NCBI GenBank assembly: GCA_002269645.1
Contig: NIVC01003825.1
Coordinates: forward strand, 1-64,000
Source of the DNA: Macrostomum lignano
Lineage: Eukaryota
Reading direction: 5' to 3'
Length of the DNA: 64,000 bases
Every line of letters begins with the position of its first letter. Positions within the stretch are counted from its first letter, which is position 1. A program made the translations under genes and the position numbers. This document shows, in pieces, positions 50,101 through 63,209 of this stretch. The notes under the pieces are model-generated. The model did not search any database. It saw nothing but the letters and a program-made list of their open reading frames with translations, and was not told where the DNA came from.

Positions 50101-53100
50101 AACGCACATACAGTGCTCACCTGCGGCATCCACGGTGGCGGGGTAGAAGAACTCGGTGAAGTCAACGAAAGCGGTGACGGTGTTCCGGGGCAGCTGCAGC
50201 CGGGCCTTGTCCGAAGCCAGGAAAGGCGCCTTGTTGTTCTTGCTGGCGTCCGTGGAGGTCACGCAGCCCATGCAGAAGTCCTGCAGACTGACCGTCACGC
50301 AGCTCTCAATCAGCTGGTCGGTTTGGCAGCCGCCGCCCAGGGCTTCAACTCGCTGACAGTGCCACCGGTCGGCCTTCTCGTTCGCCTCGGTGTGCTGCAG
50401 CCACCGCCCGCTGCGGCCAGCAGCTGAATTAAATCGTTGATTGATTAATTGGCGATTTAATGATGATTGATTGGTGATTTAATGATTATTGATAAGTGAT
50501 TTTATGATGATTGATTGGTGATTTAATGATGATTGATAAGTGATTTTATGATGATTGATTGGTGATTTAATGATGATTGATAAGTGATTTTATGATGATT
50601 GATTGGCGATTTAATGATGATTGATTGGTTATTTAATGATGATTGATTGGCTATTTAATGATAATTGATAAGTGATTTAATGATGATTGATAAGTGATTT
50701 AATGATGATTCATAAGTGATTTAATGATGATTGATTGGTGATTTAATGATGATTGATAAGTGATTTAATGATGATTCATAAGTGATTTAATGATGATTGA
50801 TTGGTGATTTAATGATGATTGATAAGTGATTTAATGGTGATTGATTTGGTTATTTAATGATAATTGATAAGTGATTTAATGATGATTGATTGGTGATTTA
50901 ATGATGATTGATAAGTGATTTTATGATGATTGATTGGTGATTTAATGATGATTGATACGTGATTTAATGATGATTGATTGGTGGTTAAATGATGATTGAT
51001 TGGTTATTTAATGATGATTGATTGGTGATTTAATGATGATTGATTGGTGATTTAATGATGATTGATTGGTGATTTAATGATGATTGATTGGTGATTTAAT
51101 GATGATTGATAAGTGATTTAATGGTGATTGATTAATGATTTCATGATTATTGATTGGTTTCTTCACGATGATTGATTAATGATTTAATAGTGATTGATTG
51201 ATCATTCAGTTATAATTGATTAGTGATTTAATGAGACAGGCAATTACCGAATGGGTGCATCGGATACAGGTGAAAGCCAATGTTGAGCAGGGTGAGTTGG
51301 ATTGCGCCGTTCACTACTGAACTTTCGCTTAGCTTTGAGTCTGCAAATTTATAATTATAACGCCGGTTAGTGCTGGGGTTCGGACAGTGGACAGTAGCTA
51401 GGGTTCCGGATAGAGGACATTACGAGCGTAGGGCTCGGACAGAGGACAGGGTTCGGAAATTGGACACTAGGGTTCGGAAATTGGACACTAGGGTTCGGAC
51501 AGGACAGTATAGGGCGCGGACAGAGGACAATATAGGGCTCGGACAGAGGCCAGTAGGACTCGGACAGAGACCAGTAGGGCTCAGACAGAGACCAGCAGGG
51601 CTCAGACAGAGACCAGTAGGGCTCGGACAGAGACCAGTAGGGCTCAGACAGAGACCAGTAAGGCTCGGACAGAGACCAGTAGGGCTCAGACAGAGACCAG
51701 TAGGGCTCAGACAGAGACCAGTAGGGCTCAGACAGAGACCAGTAGGGCTCAGACAGAGACCAGTAGGGCTCAGACAGAGACCAGTAGGGCTCAGACAGAG
51801 ACCAGTAGGGCTCAGACAGAGACCAGTAGGGCTCAGACAGAGACCAGTAGGGCTCAGACAGAGACCAGTAGGGCTCAGACAGAGACCAGTAGGGCTCGGA
51901 CAGAGACCAGTAGGGCTCAGACAGAGACCAGTAAGGCTCGAACAGAGGATCAGACAATAAGGCTCGGACAGTGAACAATGGACCTCGGACAGAAGCTACG
52001 CACCAGATGAGCTCTCCTCGCAAAAGTGCAGGTCCACCCGGCCAGTGTGCAGGTGGTAGGAGGTCTCAAGAATGTCGAATCGGCGAAACGCCAGCTCGCT
52101 GGAGCTCTCCGAGGAGGCGCCGCTGGCGGCGGACTGGCGCTGCTGCTGCAGCTGCTGGGCCGGAGACAGGGCGGAGGCGTGCGACAGCCGGTGCTGGCTG
52201 GGCACGGAAGGCCCCGGCCCCAGGCTCTGCTGGAAGCAGAAATTCAGGCGGAACAGAATATTCTCAGGCATCTTAGAGGGGCGATTAGAGGCAAAGCTCT
52301 GTGGCTTTTTGGATCCCAGTGGTTTATTGAGTGACTCTCACAGTGGTATATTGAGTGATTCTCACATTGGTATATGAGGTGATTCTCATATTGGTATATG
52401 GAGTGACTCTCACAGTGGTATATGGAGTGACTCTCACAGTGCTATATGGAGTGATTCTCACAGTGCTATATGGAGTGACTCTCACAGTGCTATATGGAGT
52501 GATTCTCACAGTGCTATATGGAGTGACTCTCACAGTGGTATATGGAGTGATTCTCACAGTGCTATATGGAGTGACTCTCACAGTGGTATATGGAGTGATT
52601 CTCACAGTGCTATATGGAGTGACTCTCACAGTGCTATATGGAGTGATTCTCACAGTGCTATATGGAGTGACTCTCACAGTGGTATATGGAGTGATTCTCA
52701 CAGTGCTATATGGAGTGACTCTCACAGTGGTATATGGAGTGATTCTCACAGTGCTATATGGAGTGACTCTCACAGTGGTATATGGAGTGACTCTCACAGT
52801 GGTATATGGAGTGACTCTCACAGTGCTATATGGAGTGACTCTCACAGTGCTATATGGAGTGACTCTCACAGTGCTATATGGAGTGACTCTCACAGTGGTA
52901 TATGGAGTAACTCTCACAGTGCTATATGGAGTGACTCTCACAGTGGTATATGGAGTGACTCTCACAGTGCTATATGGAGTGACTCTCACAGTGGTATATG
53001 GAGTGATTCTCACAGTGGTATATGGAGTGATTCTCACAGTGGTATATGGAGTGATTCTCACAGTGCTATATGGAGTGACTCTCACAGTGGTATATGGAGT

Positions 53101-56100
53101 GACTCTCACAGTGGTATATGGAATGATTCCTCAATCTGCCTTCACTCAAAGCCAGTCTCATCGCGTTAGTTTACGCACCTCCAGCTTCTTCTTAGCCAGC
53201 TGCTTGGATTGCTGCTTTGATTTCTCCACGCTTTTCTGCAGCGACTTCACGAACATTACGGTAGCCTCCAGCTGAGAGACAGTCAGCACCCACAGCAGGT
53301 CGTCCAACAACAGTTCGAGACGGGAGGCCACGATGCGCGAGTCTGGGGAAATGGCGCCAAGATTTTTACACTTGCAAAGCCTTTCAGATATGAATTCCAG
53401 GCTTCCCGCACCGCATAGAAAAATATCTTAAGAATTGTTCGATGGAGCCGTCTGTGAGCACGATTAGAAGAGAGGGGGTTCCAGAGAGGCGGCAGGGAAT
53501 CAGAAATGGGCAGCAGATAAAATAGTGGCTTAGGGAAATAATTACAAGGAGGATAGAGAGAGAGACGGGAGGTGGGGGCAGGGGGCAGAGATGGTGAGGG
53601 GAACGAGGGAGGGATGGGAGAGGAGGGTGAGAGGGAGAGGGGAAAGAGGAGGGATGAGGGTGAGGTGAGAGGGGAGAGGGAGGGAGGAAGAGGTGAAGAA
53701 AGAGGAAAGGGGAGAGGGGGGAGAGGGAAGGAGGTGTGAGGGGAGGGTACAGGGGAGAGGGATAGGCCAAGGGAAGAGAGGGCAAGGAAGAGAGGGCAGG
53801 GAAGAGGGCAGGGATGAGAGGGCAGGGATGAGAGGGCAGGGATGAGAGGGCAGGGATGAGAGGGCAGGGATGAGGGCAGGGAAGAGAGGGCAGGGATGAG
53901 AGGGCAGGGATGAGAGGGCAGGGATGAGAGGGCAGGGATGAGGGCAGGGAAGAGAGGGCAGGGATGAGAGGGCAGGGATGAGAGGGCAGGGATGAGAGGG
54001 CAGGGATGAGAGGGCAGGGATGAGAGGGCAGGGATGAGAGGGCAGAGATGAGAGGGCAGGGATGAGAGGGCAGGGATGAGAGGGCAGGGATGAGAGGGCA
54101 GGGATGAGAGGGCAGGGATGAGAGGGCAGGGATGAGAGGGCAGGGATGAGAGGGCAGGGATGAGAGGGCAGGGATGAGAGGGCAGGGATGAGAGGGCATG
54201 GATGAGAGGGCAGGGATGAGGGCAGGGAAGAGAGGGCAGGGATGAGGGCAGGGAAGAGAGGGCAGGGATGAGAGGGCAGGGATGAGAGGGCAGGGATGAG
54301 AGGGCAGGGATGAGAGGGCAGAGATGAGAGGGCAGGGATGAGAGGGCAGGGATGAGAGGGCAGGGATGAGAGGGCAGGGATGAGAGGGCAGGGATGAGAG
54401 GGCAGAGATGAGAGGGCAGGGATGAGAGGGCAGGGATGAGAGGGCAGGGATGAGAGGGCAGGGATGAGGGCAGGGAAGAGAGGGCAGGGATGAGAGGGCA
54501 GGGATGAGAGGGCAGGGATGAGAGGGCAGGGATGAGAGGGCAGGGATGAGAGGGCAGGGATGAGAGGGCAGGGATGAGAGGGCAGGGATGAGAGGGCAGG
54601 GATGAGAGGGCAGGGAAGAGAGGGCAGGGATGAGAGGGCATGGATGAGGGCAGGGAAGAGAGGGCAGGGAAGAGAGGGCAGGGATGAGGGCAGGGAAGAG
54701 AGGGCAGGGATGAGAGGGCAGGGATGAGAGGGCAGGGATGAGAGGGCAGGGATGAGAGGGCAGGGAAGAGATGAAGGAGAGAGAAGGGAGCTAACTAAAT
54801 AAGCTACTGGGTACAAGGAGGTGAAGAAGCCAAATAAGACAAATTCAAATCCACAGTAATGAATATTCAGCAAAATTAATGAAAGCGCAGCCAGGCCCCC
54901 AGCCTTACCGGCTAGGTTCTTCTTCATGGTCAGCCGAATCCGCGATGTGTTGGTGATGAGGCGCACCAGCGTGCCGCCCCAGTCCTCTGAGTTGCCAGCC
55001 TCGAACCGCGTGGTTTCCCACACCACCTCCTTGAACAGCAGGATCTGGTCTCGAGCCCGGCTGCGCAGGTAGGTGAACTTCAGGTCTCCCTTCGTCCAGG
55101 TGGGCAGCACTGAATACAGATGGACCCGGGATAGCTGGAAAAGTTGGGAGAATAGGGATCTAGTTTTGGGACTAGGGATTTCATTATGGGACTAGGGATC
55201 TCATTGTGGGATTACGGATCACATTGTGGGATTAGGGATCTAATTGTGGGATTAGGGATCTGATGATCATAGGATTAGGGATCTGAAGATCATAGGAGTT
55301 GGGATCTGATGATCATAGGATTTTGGATCTGATGATCATGGGATTAGGGATTTGATTATCATGGGATTAGGGATCTGATGATCATGGGATTAGGGATTTG
55401 ATTATCATGGGATTTAGGGATTTGATGATCATGGATTAAGGATCTGATGAACATGGAATAGCGGATCAGGATCAGCATACTAAGGATCGGGCCATGGGAT
55501 TAGATGGAAATTTGGGATCGAATGCATTTCGAATGGGGTTCAAGGAATTACTCCCAAAACATTTTTGCTGCCAGCATTCGGTGTCCAGAGAGAGCATTAC
55601 CTCACATCGAATGCATCTGCCATTTGCTCTACTTAGCTTTGTACCTGTGTTTATCAATTCTCTTTGCTCTGGGCCGAAATGCACCAGTGATTGAGTACAA
55701 AAGGAATCTGAAATGACACGCAAAGCTCGCACCTGAATAGACGCTCGAAACGCCTTGGCAACGAAGACGATGGCCACCGAGTTCACGCACAGATCGATGC
55801 CGTCAATAACTTTATCAGCGAAGCTGTAGCGCCCGTCGGAGGTTTTGTCCTTGTAGCTGGCCGTGTCGGAGCTGTGCGGCGGCCGAGGGCTGTCCAAGGC
55901 TTCAATTTCAACCGTGACCTCATCCAGGGTGAGGCAGAGCGGCTGCTTCTGCAGTTTGGTCCACTGGCAGCGGATGCAGACCCGGTTGCAGCGGGCGCTG
56001 CGCAGCCGCAGCCAGGTGGGCAGGTCCAGCAGCTGCATGATGGCCTCCTCGTTCAGCTCCAGGTTGGTGAGCTCGCCTTCGCCTTTCACAAAGCTCAGCT

Positions 56101-57369
56101 TCAGGTGCTCTGGAGACAGGTTCTTGGCGAATCTGATGGTGGTGAGTGGGGAGCAACTGCTCTCAGCCAATAGCCTTTGCGTGTCAGCCAATAGACATGG
56201 GTTTGTTGCCAATAGAAACAGCTGGGTGATTCCCAAGGTTGCACATGCATGCCTCCCATTATCCTTTTCAATATGCATTCATCATACCTCACTACACAAA
56301 ACCAATTGCCAACAACTTCAAACTATCAATGCAGGGTTCTCATCCTCTTAAAATAAGGTAAGCTCCAAATAAAGTAAACAAAGCCATATATACTATAAAG
56401 CTATAATCTGTTGAGTATACCTGAACTTTTGTTAAACTAATCAGCAATATAGATAAAATCATTGTCAATGAAGCTAAACTTTTATATTCAAATTAAAGCT
56501 ATTGCTATATTATACACCTTAAAAAAGTATAAAAAGAATTGCCAATAGTTGAAAAAGATTAATATATATTCTAGATTTTAATTTTTATGAATGAGAGAAA
56601 GCGTGGGCGAGCATTTTGCAATGAGCAATTGAGGAAGTTCAGGAGGATGAGTATTATATTTTAAGTTCTATCATGCTATCCTAGAGTAAGGAATTTTTAG
56701 CTATGCTAATGAAGTCTTTGGTAACAAGATTTATTAAATTTAAAATGGCAGCTAGTAATTAAAAACTTGTTATAGATACTGACTCATATTTATACATAGC
56801 AGTAAGGTATTAATAGATAATAGCTATAAAATATTTTAACCAAAATTTAAACTTATTTAAATTTTCTATTTAAATTTTTTTTGTATTAATAAATTTTACC
56901 AAAACCATATAATCTTTCTTAAGACACTTTTGTAAAGGTATTATACAATCATAGTAGAAGTCTAGCATACTTAGGCCTTGCATAGAAATAAAGAATTGGA
57001 TTGTGCAAATATCTCATTTGGCTATTTTTATATCTTATTAATGCTTTTTAGTATGAAGCTATATAGTAGTTTTTTATAAGTATCAAACTTACAATTAATA
57101 TTAATAAGGCCTATTACCATCTCGATTTGTATCATGTAATGACAATGTTATTTAGTGTCTAAATGTTGCATTATATCATTTTTAAACTACCAATGGCTAA
57201 GCTTAGAAATTTTTGACAATGCCTTTTTAAAACAGAAAACAAAAATTCAATACCTTTGAAAAATATGATAAAATGAAAATTATAGCACTATTAGAATAAT
57301 CTTTACTTACCTAGACAAGTAGTGCAAAATAGGATTTTTTGCTATGTTGAATAAATTTCCAAATACCAT
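41127..57369 (-). CDS. BLTP3: Bridge-like lipid transfer protein 3 (UHRF1BP1/SHIP164-like), 13 exons, 1214 aa
   Basis: Exons 57369-57311, 56132-55733, 55134-54909, 53342-53179, 52229-52004, 51340-51248, 50423-50121, 49065-48959, 46992-46921, 46059-45064, 44909-44226, 41754-41640, 41326-41127; total 3645 nt, all phases consistent. Chorein-N start ILHYLSRFAKNLSP...KGEGELTNLELNEE...LDLPTWL, RLITN, LDDLLWVLT and a C-terminal coiled coil. Confidence 0.92.
41345..41620. repeat. 20-bp minisatellite CATCCTGAATCTCCATGACC (BLTP3 intron 12)
   Basis: The same unit also occurs at 46670-46865. Confidence 0.95.
41760..42662. repeat. 22-24-bp minisatellite GAATTGCAATATGGG(G)TGAATG
   Basis: BLTP3 intron 11, abutting the acceptor at 41755. 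Confidence 0.97.
43120..44180. repeat. 12-bp minisatellite GGGAGTGCCACT/GGGAGTGCTACA grading into a ~24-bp variant
   Basis: BLTP3 intron 11, donor side. Confidence 0.97.
46110..46615. repeat. 23-bp minisatellite TCCTCAGGGGCCTGAATATACTG
   Basis: BLTP3 intron 9. Confidence 0.96.
46670..46865. repeat. 20-bp minisatellite CATCCTGAATCTCCATGACC (BLTP3 intron 9)
   Basis: Second array in intron 9; same unit as 41345-41620. Confidence 0.95.
47325..48520. repeat. GA-rich compound repeat (poly-pyrimidine on the gene strand)
   Basis: BLTP3 intron 8. Confidence 0.97.
49125..50100. repeat. 23-bp minisatellite TACAGAGTCCTCAATCTCAACCC
   Basis: BLTP3 intron 7, about 42 copies. Confidence 0.98.
50440..51235. 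repeat. 22-bp AT-rich minisatellite GATGATTGATTGGTGATTTAAT
   Basis: BLTP3 intron 6. Confidence 0.96.
51430..51965. repeat. 21-bp minisatellite CAGACAGAGACCAGTAGGGCT
   Basis: BLTP3 intron 5. Confidence 0.96.
52330..53120. repeat. 24-bp minisatellite GAGTGACTCTCACAGTGGTATATG
   Basis: BLTP3 intron 4, about 33 copies. Confidence 0.98.
53560..54790. repeat. 14-bp minisatellite GAGAGGGCAGGGAT plus flanking purine tract
   Basis: BLTP3 intron 3. Confidence 0.97.
55150..55470. repeat. Degenerate ~23-bp repeat GATCATGGGATTAGGGATCTGAT
   Basis: BLTP3 intron 2. Confidence 0.9.
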
Positions 57370-58266
57370 CTTGATTTTTCTTTATTAGGCCTATACTTTG
57401 TATGTCTATAGCATCAGTTACAGATAAACTATGTGGGAAGATGTCAACAAGTTAATGAAAGGTAAAGGAATTATGACTACTGTAGATTTGTGTAACAAAT
57501 AATTGATAAAGTCAAAGGTATGATTGATATGATTTAAATTTATGTTGTAAATAAAAAGTTAGAATAGAAAGAGAAGTGCTTCAACTCGTTATTTATTCAC
57601 ATTGTTTGGGTGACTAACAACCGTCTATTATGTCTATACTACAGCTGCAATCCAGAAAACTCATTAAACTTTAGTAATAACGAATCATCTATTACCAGGC
57701 GATGGCATGGTTGGTACGTGATGTCGCATCACACTTAATAAACTGCATTTGTATTTTAGCCCATGGATTAGAGGAAAATCATGTAAAAATGTAGTCAAAA
57801 TATCTGACTTGATATGTAAAACTTTAGTGTTGCAGTATATAGAAAAATCAATGCAATTGCTTTGCCTGTTGACTGAATATCCCAAGTCTATAAGGATTAA
57901 TCTCTTCCTCCTACGCAGCTTTCAGTTTCTTTGAAAAACGAAATTTTGAACTTTTCAGCTGTGAAACAAAAAGCTAAACATTTAAAACTACAAAAAAATA
58001 CTAAACAGTTACCAAATCTGTTTACAGTATCATACTTTCATGATTTATGAAAATATCATGCAAAGCTATTATTTTTTAAAAATAGTGTGTGAAATTTCAA
58101 ACAACTACATTTTATTAGAACCCCGAGCAAAAGTCACATCCAATTTTTTACTGATGATGGTGTACAAGCAGTGCAACTACGGGAATCTGATTGATGTTAT
58201 AAAATTACGAAAAGTAAACTCAAATAATGGGACTAAAATATAATATATGCGTTATCAGAAAAGACG

Positions 58267-61200
58267 ATGTTGCTGTTACGTAGTATCGTTACGGGCCTCT
58301 TCATTTTTGCGTACATAACAACATTCATCTGCATGATTAATGCCCACTTTTTACATAGACAGCCTAGTGCCTGCCTACTAGCATCGCCAATGCCATAATT
58401 GGCATGAATATACTCAACAACAGTCAAAATTTCTGCACAAATCACGTGTAGCTAGAGAGAAACACTTCTAATTTAAAATGCACAGTCAGTGGTGGATTTA
58501 GCAGAGGGGTGCACACTGCACAGCATGTACCCCCCCCCACGTACGATATACCCCCCATTGAGTTTGATTTTTTAAATTTTTATATGGGAAATACACATCA
58601 TGTACTTGTGCATGATATTCATATACATGTACCTTAGTAGTCTATACCCTCTATTCAAAATTTTCTGGATTTGCAAGTATGGTATAGTAAAGTTAAATAA
58701 AAATATTTAAACAAAATGACAGTAAATCCTGCAACCTAATGATAACATACTCTTGAAATAATCCAAATATACCATGTTTCTATATTGAGAAATATTTTAA
58801 GGGAAGAAAGCAATATAGTTGAATATAGCTACATCAATAGGCCTAGATACATTTGATTTTGATTCCTATGCTAACTATAGGGCCTAACTTATTTCATTTC
58901 TATAAGATGAGTGGCCATATAATTTAGTGGAGCCTATGCAGTATGCATAATAGTTCAAAACTAATGAGGTTGTCACCTAATCTGCCAACCCCCCAAGAGC
59001 CAAGAGGTGGTGCCAAATGTTAAAAAGTTCTAGTATGCCTATAAATAATATCTTCTAAAGTATAATATTAGTCCTAAATACAAGTTTTAAAAAATATTGT
59101 TTCTATTCTTTTACAATATTTTTCAGACTTTAGTTTGACTCTATTTATTAATAGACAAAATGCTTACAGATAAATAGTCTAGTACCTTAGTACAATAGCA
59201 AGATACTTATATGCCTATAAATAAGTGCTTTTATCTAAGAGTCAATGGAGCCAAGTAGGTATAATTGCCTTTAGTATTAATCAATAAAGCAATAATAAGT
59301 AAATAAATTTAGAAGAATTATAAGTATGCATATACTATTGCCAACCAATCCAACTTTCAAAAATTTTGGTAGACTAAAGATAAGTTAGAAAATTAGATTC
59401 AACAAAATTTTAGGTAATTTGCAAAAATAAACAACATAATTTTATTCATAACTAAGTTATATAATTAGTATATTTTCAATCTAGAGGTTAGGTCAATGCA
59501 TATAAAATTAGACATTTATATAGATAGCATCAGCTAATAGCCATTCCCCATGGAGATAAAAGGGGCTATATTGTAACAATCTTATGCATAGCAGTATAAA
59601 CTTTTATTCAATAGATTATATATTCTTGCTTTTGCTTTATAATACAGCCATATATAATAATAATACTAACTTTTAATGAAGTATTGAATAGAGAAAGTAT
59701 TTAATCAGCATTGATTGCCAAATCACATTTTTATTTTTCAGACACTATGAACATTATCTGGAAAAAAAAGTACATTCATGTACTCTGTCGAAGGTAAAGC
59801 ATTGTATCACTACTTTCTTACATCCTAGTTTTTTATCTGTATCAAATCCTTTTTTTAAAGCTCCCACCTCATCACTCATTCTCATTCCAGATGCCTCAGC
59901 TCTGCCAACCTCTATGACAAGCTAGGGGTGAGCCCCGCTGCAACCCAAGCAGAGATTAAGAAGGCCTACATTGAACTGTCAAAGCTGGTGAGAGAATGGC
60001 ATTGGTGGGCTTACTTGACTTAGCTGCGTAGCCTAGTGGTCTAGTGTGGCGCTCTGATGTGCCAGCGGCCCAGACTCGAGCTCGTCAACAGAGGTAACAA
60101 CGCTGCTGGCTGGACCCCAGATTCGTCCTCTCTGCAGAAGGCTAAGGTTGAGGTCCCAGCTCTGCTCGGGCAGCAGTTCAAGGCTGCAGCGTCCTCGAGT
60201 CAGCATCACTCGGCCAAATAAGAAGGCAAGCAGCTGGAGCGGCAGAGGCGGTTGGAGTGACAGGTGTCTCAGAGGCACCGCTCAGAGTTTGCTCCACGGG
60301 TCACGCCGGGGCGTCCCTGATGGTAGCAGGTGGTATAGCCACGGCTCCACGGCCCCTACTGGAAGCACTGTGTCATTCGCAACCGGAAATTCACTTGGGC
60401 TAGAAACCGTTGACGAAGTGGAAAAGTTGGGAATTCCTACAGAGCACAGGCAAAGAGCCGCAAGGCCGCGGCCCCAAACCAAGCGGCAGGTCCCAAAAGA
60501 AAAGAAAAATACCACGGGAATCGTTAGTGACCAGAGTACTCCCTGGCCAAGCGTTTATCAGCACGGAGTTACACTGGGACCTTAGAGCATGAGCTTATGG
60601 TCACACCAAGAACTGTGCTCAGTAAGACCCAGGAGATCTGCCTTAACACCCACGGGACGATTACTCTTCGAAGTGCTCGACTTCCAAGGTGCAAAGCAGA
60701 AGACAAAGTCTCTTGAGCTATCAGGCCACCGAAAGGAGACAGGTATTGAGCATCGCTGGCAGGGAGAGGGGCCATACTGCACAGATAGTTCACCACGCCA
60801 TTCTGGGTAAAGTCAGGGGAAAAATGTGTTGAATTCGGAGCCGTCTGTAGCAGAGCGGTGCAGTTTTTCAGTGCCTCAATTTTGTCGGCTAATAATTCTC
60901 TTTGATCTCGCCGCCCCGCCGTAGTACCATCCGGACGCGAAGACCGCGCAAAGCAGCTCGGAGAAATTTGCCGAAATCAACGCCGCCTACGAGACCCTCG
61001 GCCGGGCCGACCGGCGCCGCCTGTACGACTCGGAGCGGCTCTGGCGGTCCGCGGCCGCCGCCTCCTCAGCGGCTTCCTCCGCCTCACCGCCGCCGCCAGG
61101 CGGAGGCCGCCGGAGCGCCGGGCCCAGCGACTTTGAGCAGCGAATGCGTCACGAGATGGAGTGGATGTACCGGGCCTCGCGGCAGCAGCAGGGCGGGCCG

Positions 61201-63199
61201 GAGTCGGCCAGCTGGGACGATGAGGTTAACAGCAGCTTCAAGGTGCGGCTGCGTCTTTCATTTGGCTTTTGCCAAGGTCAAAAGAGTCGGCGCTTAGGCA
61301 CTGGGGAGGGGCTCAACAAGCATGCGTCCGACTCTCAGGCGCAAGGTCCTTGGTTCGATTCTGTGCGATTCACAATTTGGGGCGATTTCGCCGACGGCGT
61401 TGCGCCAGGGCGAATATATGCACATAGTATTGGTGCGTGGGATACAAACATAGAAATAGAATTACCGTGACTAAACTACATGATGTGGCTCGCGAATGCC
61501 CCCGCCATCAGGTGAAAATCGTGGTCGCCCTGGCTGCAGTCATCGTCATCGGCGTGGGCGTCCGCTTGTTCGTGATGTCCATCATCCAGGCCAGCCAGCA
61601 CCGGCGGGACGAGACCGAATACCAGCTGGCCATGTCGCTGCTCAAGCAGTCGGAGGACACTAAAGGGGAGCGAATGGCCGCCATGGGGCCGCAATGGAGA
61701 AGAGCCGGACAGCAGGTGCGAATGGGGACAGCGCCATCCCATCCAGCTGTGAACAGCGCCATCCCATCCAGCTGTGCGCAGCGCCATCCCATCCAGCTGT
61801 GGGCAGCGCCATCCCATCCAGCTGTGGGCAGCGCCATCCCATCCAGCTGTGGGCAGCGCCATCCCATCCAACTGTGGGCAGCGCCATCCCATCCAACTGT
61901 GGGCAGCGCCATCCCATCCAACTGTGGGCAGTGCCATCCCATCCAACGTGGGCAGCGCCATCCCATCCAGCTGTGGGCAGCGCCATCCCATCCAACTGTG
62001 GGCAGTGCCATCCCATCCAACGTGGGCAGCGCCATCCCATCCAGCTGTGGGCAGCGCCATCCCATCCAACTGTGGGCAGCGCCATCCCATCCAACTGTGG
62101 GCAGCGCCATCCCATCCAGCTGTGGGCAGCGCCATCCCATCCAGCTGTGGGCAGCGCCATCCCATCCAACTGTGGGCAGCGCCATCCCATCCAACTGTGG
62201 GCAGCGCCATCCCATCCAACTGTGGGCAGCGCCATCCCATCCAACTGTGGGCAGCGCCATCCCATCCAACTGTGGGCAGCGCCATCCCATCCAACTGTGG
62301 GCAGTGCCATCCCATCCAGCTGTGGGCAGCGCCATCCCATCCAGCTGTGGGCAGCGCCATCCCATCCAACTGTGGGCAGTGCCATCCCATCCAACTGTGG
62401 GCAGTGCCATCCCATCCAACGTGGGCAGCGCCATCCCATCCAACTGTGGGCAGCGCCATCCCATCCAACTGTGGGCAGCGCCATCCCATCCAGCTGTGGG
62501 CAGCGCCATCCCATCCAGCTGTGGGCAGCGCCATCCCATCCAACTGTGGGCAGCGCCATCCCATCCAACTGTGGGCAGCGCCATCCCATCCAACTGTGGG
62601 CAGCGCCATCCCATCCAACTGTGGGCAGTGCCATCCCATCCAACGTGGGCAGCGCCATCCCATCCAGCTGTGGGCAGCGCCATCCCATCCAACTGTGGGC
62701 AGTGCCATCCCATCCAACTGTGGGCAGTGCCATCCCATCCAGCTGTGGGCAGCGCCATCCCATCCAACTGTGGGCAGCGCCATCCCATCCAACTGTGGGC
62801 AGCGCCATCCCATCCAGCTGTGGGCAGCGCCATCCCATCCATCATTAATTATTTTATACTTTACACACGCAAACACCAGCTGTGTTAAAGTTGGCAGCCT
62901 GTCTCTCCTTCCAGCGCTCCGCCAAGCAGCAGCGGGCATCGCCAAGCAAGCCGGACCCAGGCGACATCGATCCCGACTACCTGGCGCAGCTTGGCGGCGG
63001 ATTCCGTGGAGCCCGCACCGTGGCGCCGTCGCACGCGCGCAGCATGCAGAGCCGCCGGCTGGCAAACTTCCGCAGGTCGGCGACCGCCTGGTCAGCAGAG
63101 ACCCGGGCAGCCCTGCGGCCCAGACTGAGCGCAGAGCTGGTGGAGGAGCTGGACAAGCTGGAGGCTGAGGAGAGGACGGCTGCCGCTTCCACTGGCTAA
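58267..63199 (+). CDS. DnaJ (J-domain) co-chaperone with one transmembrane helix
   Basis: Exons 59891-59987, 60925-61242, 61512-61715, 62915-63199. J-domain NLYDKLGVSPAATQAEIKKAY...YHPD...KFAEINAAYETL; TM segment VKIVVALAAVIVIGVGVRLFVMSII. The proposed first exon 58267-58310 (MLLLRSIVTGLFIF, giving a signal-peptide-like N-terminus) fits the phase but is less certain. Confidence 0.85.
60025..60812 (+). mobile_element. SINE-headed ~0.8-kb insertion in a DnaJ intron
   Basis: Starts CGTAGCCTAGTGGTCTAGTGTGGCGCTCTGATGTGCCAGCGGCCCAGACTCGA (family head). Ends GGGTAAAGTCAGGGG, similar to GGGAAAGTCAGGGG in the 35.8-kb copy. The 3' limit is inferred. Confidence 0.5.
61730..62842. repeat. 25-bp minisatellite GGGCAGCGCCATCCCATCCAACTGT
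   Basis: About 44 copies filling the last DnaJ intron. Confidence 0.98.
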
Positions 63200-63209
63200 C
63201 CGGCCTCAA

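Noticed and set aside
47087-55110. Long Pro/Ser/Leu or Arg/Glu/Gly ORFs (47087-48641, 52324-53275, 53283-55110)
   Set aside because: Low-complexity and minisatellite translations within BLTP3 introns.
55150-55470. TTAGGG hexamers suggesting an interstitial telomere
   Set aside because: Single TTAGGG copies are embedded in a longer unit and never tandem.
58487-58678. CAGTGGTGGATTTAG-type MITE
   Set aside because: The left end looks typical, but the right end matches poorly and there is no TSD; too weak to call.
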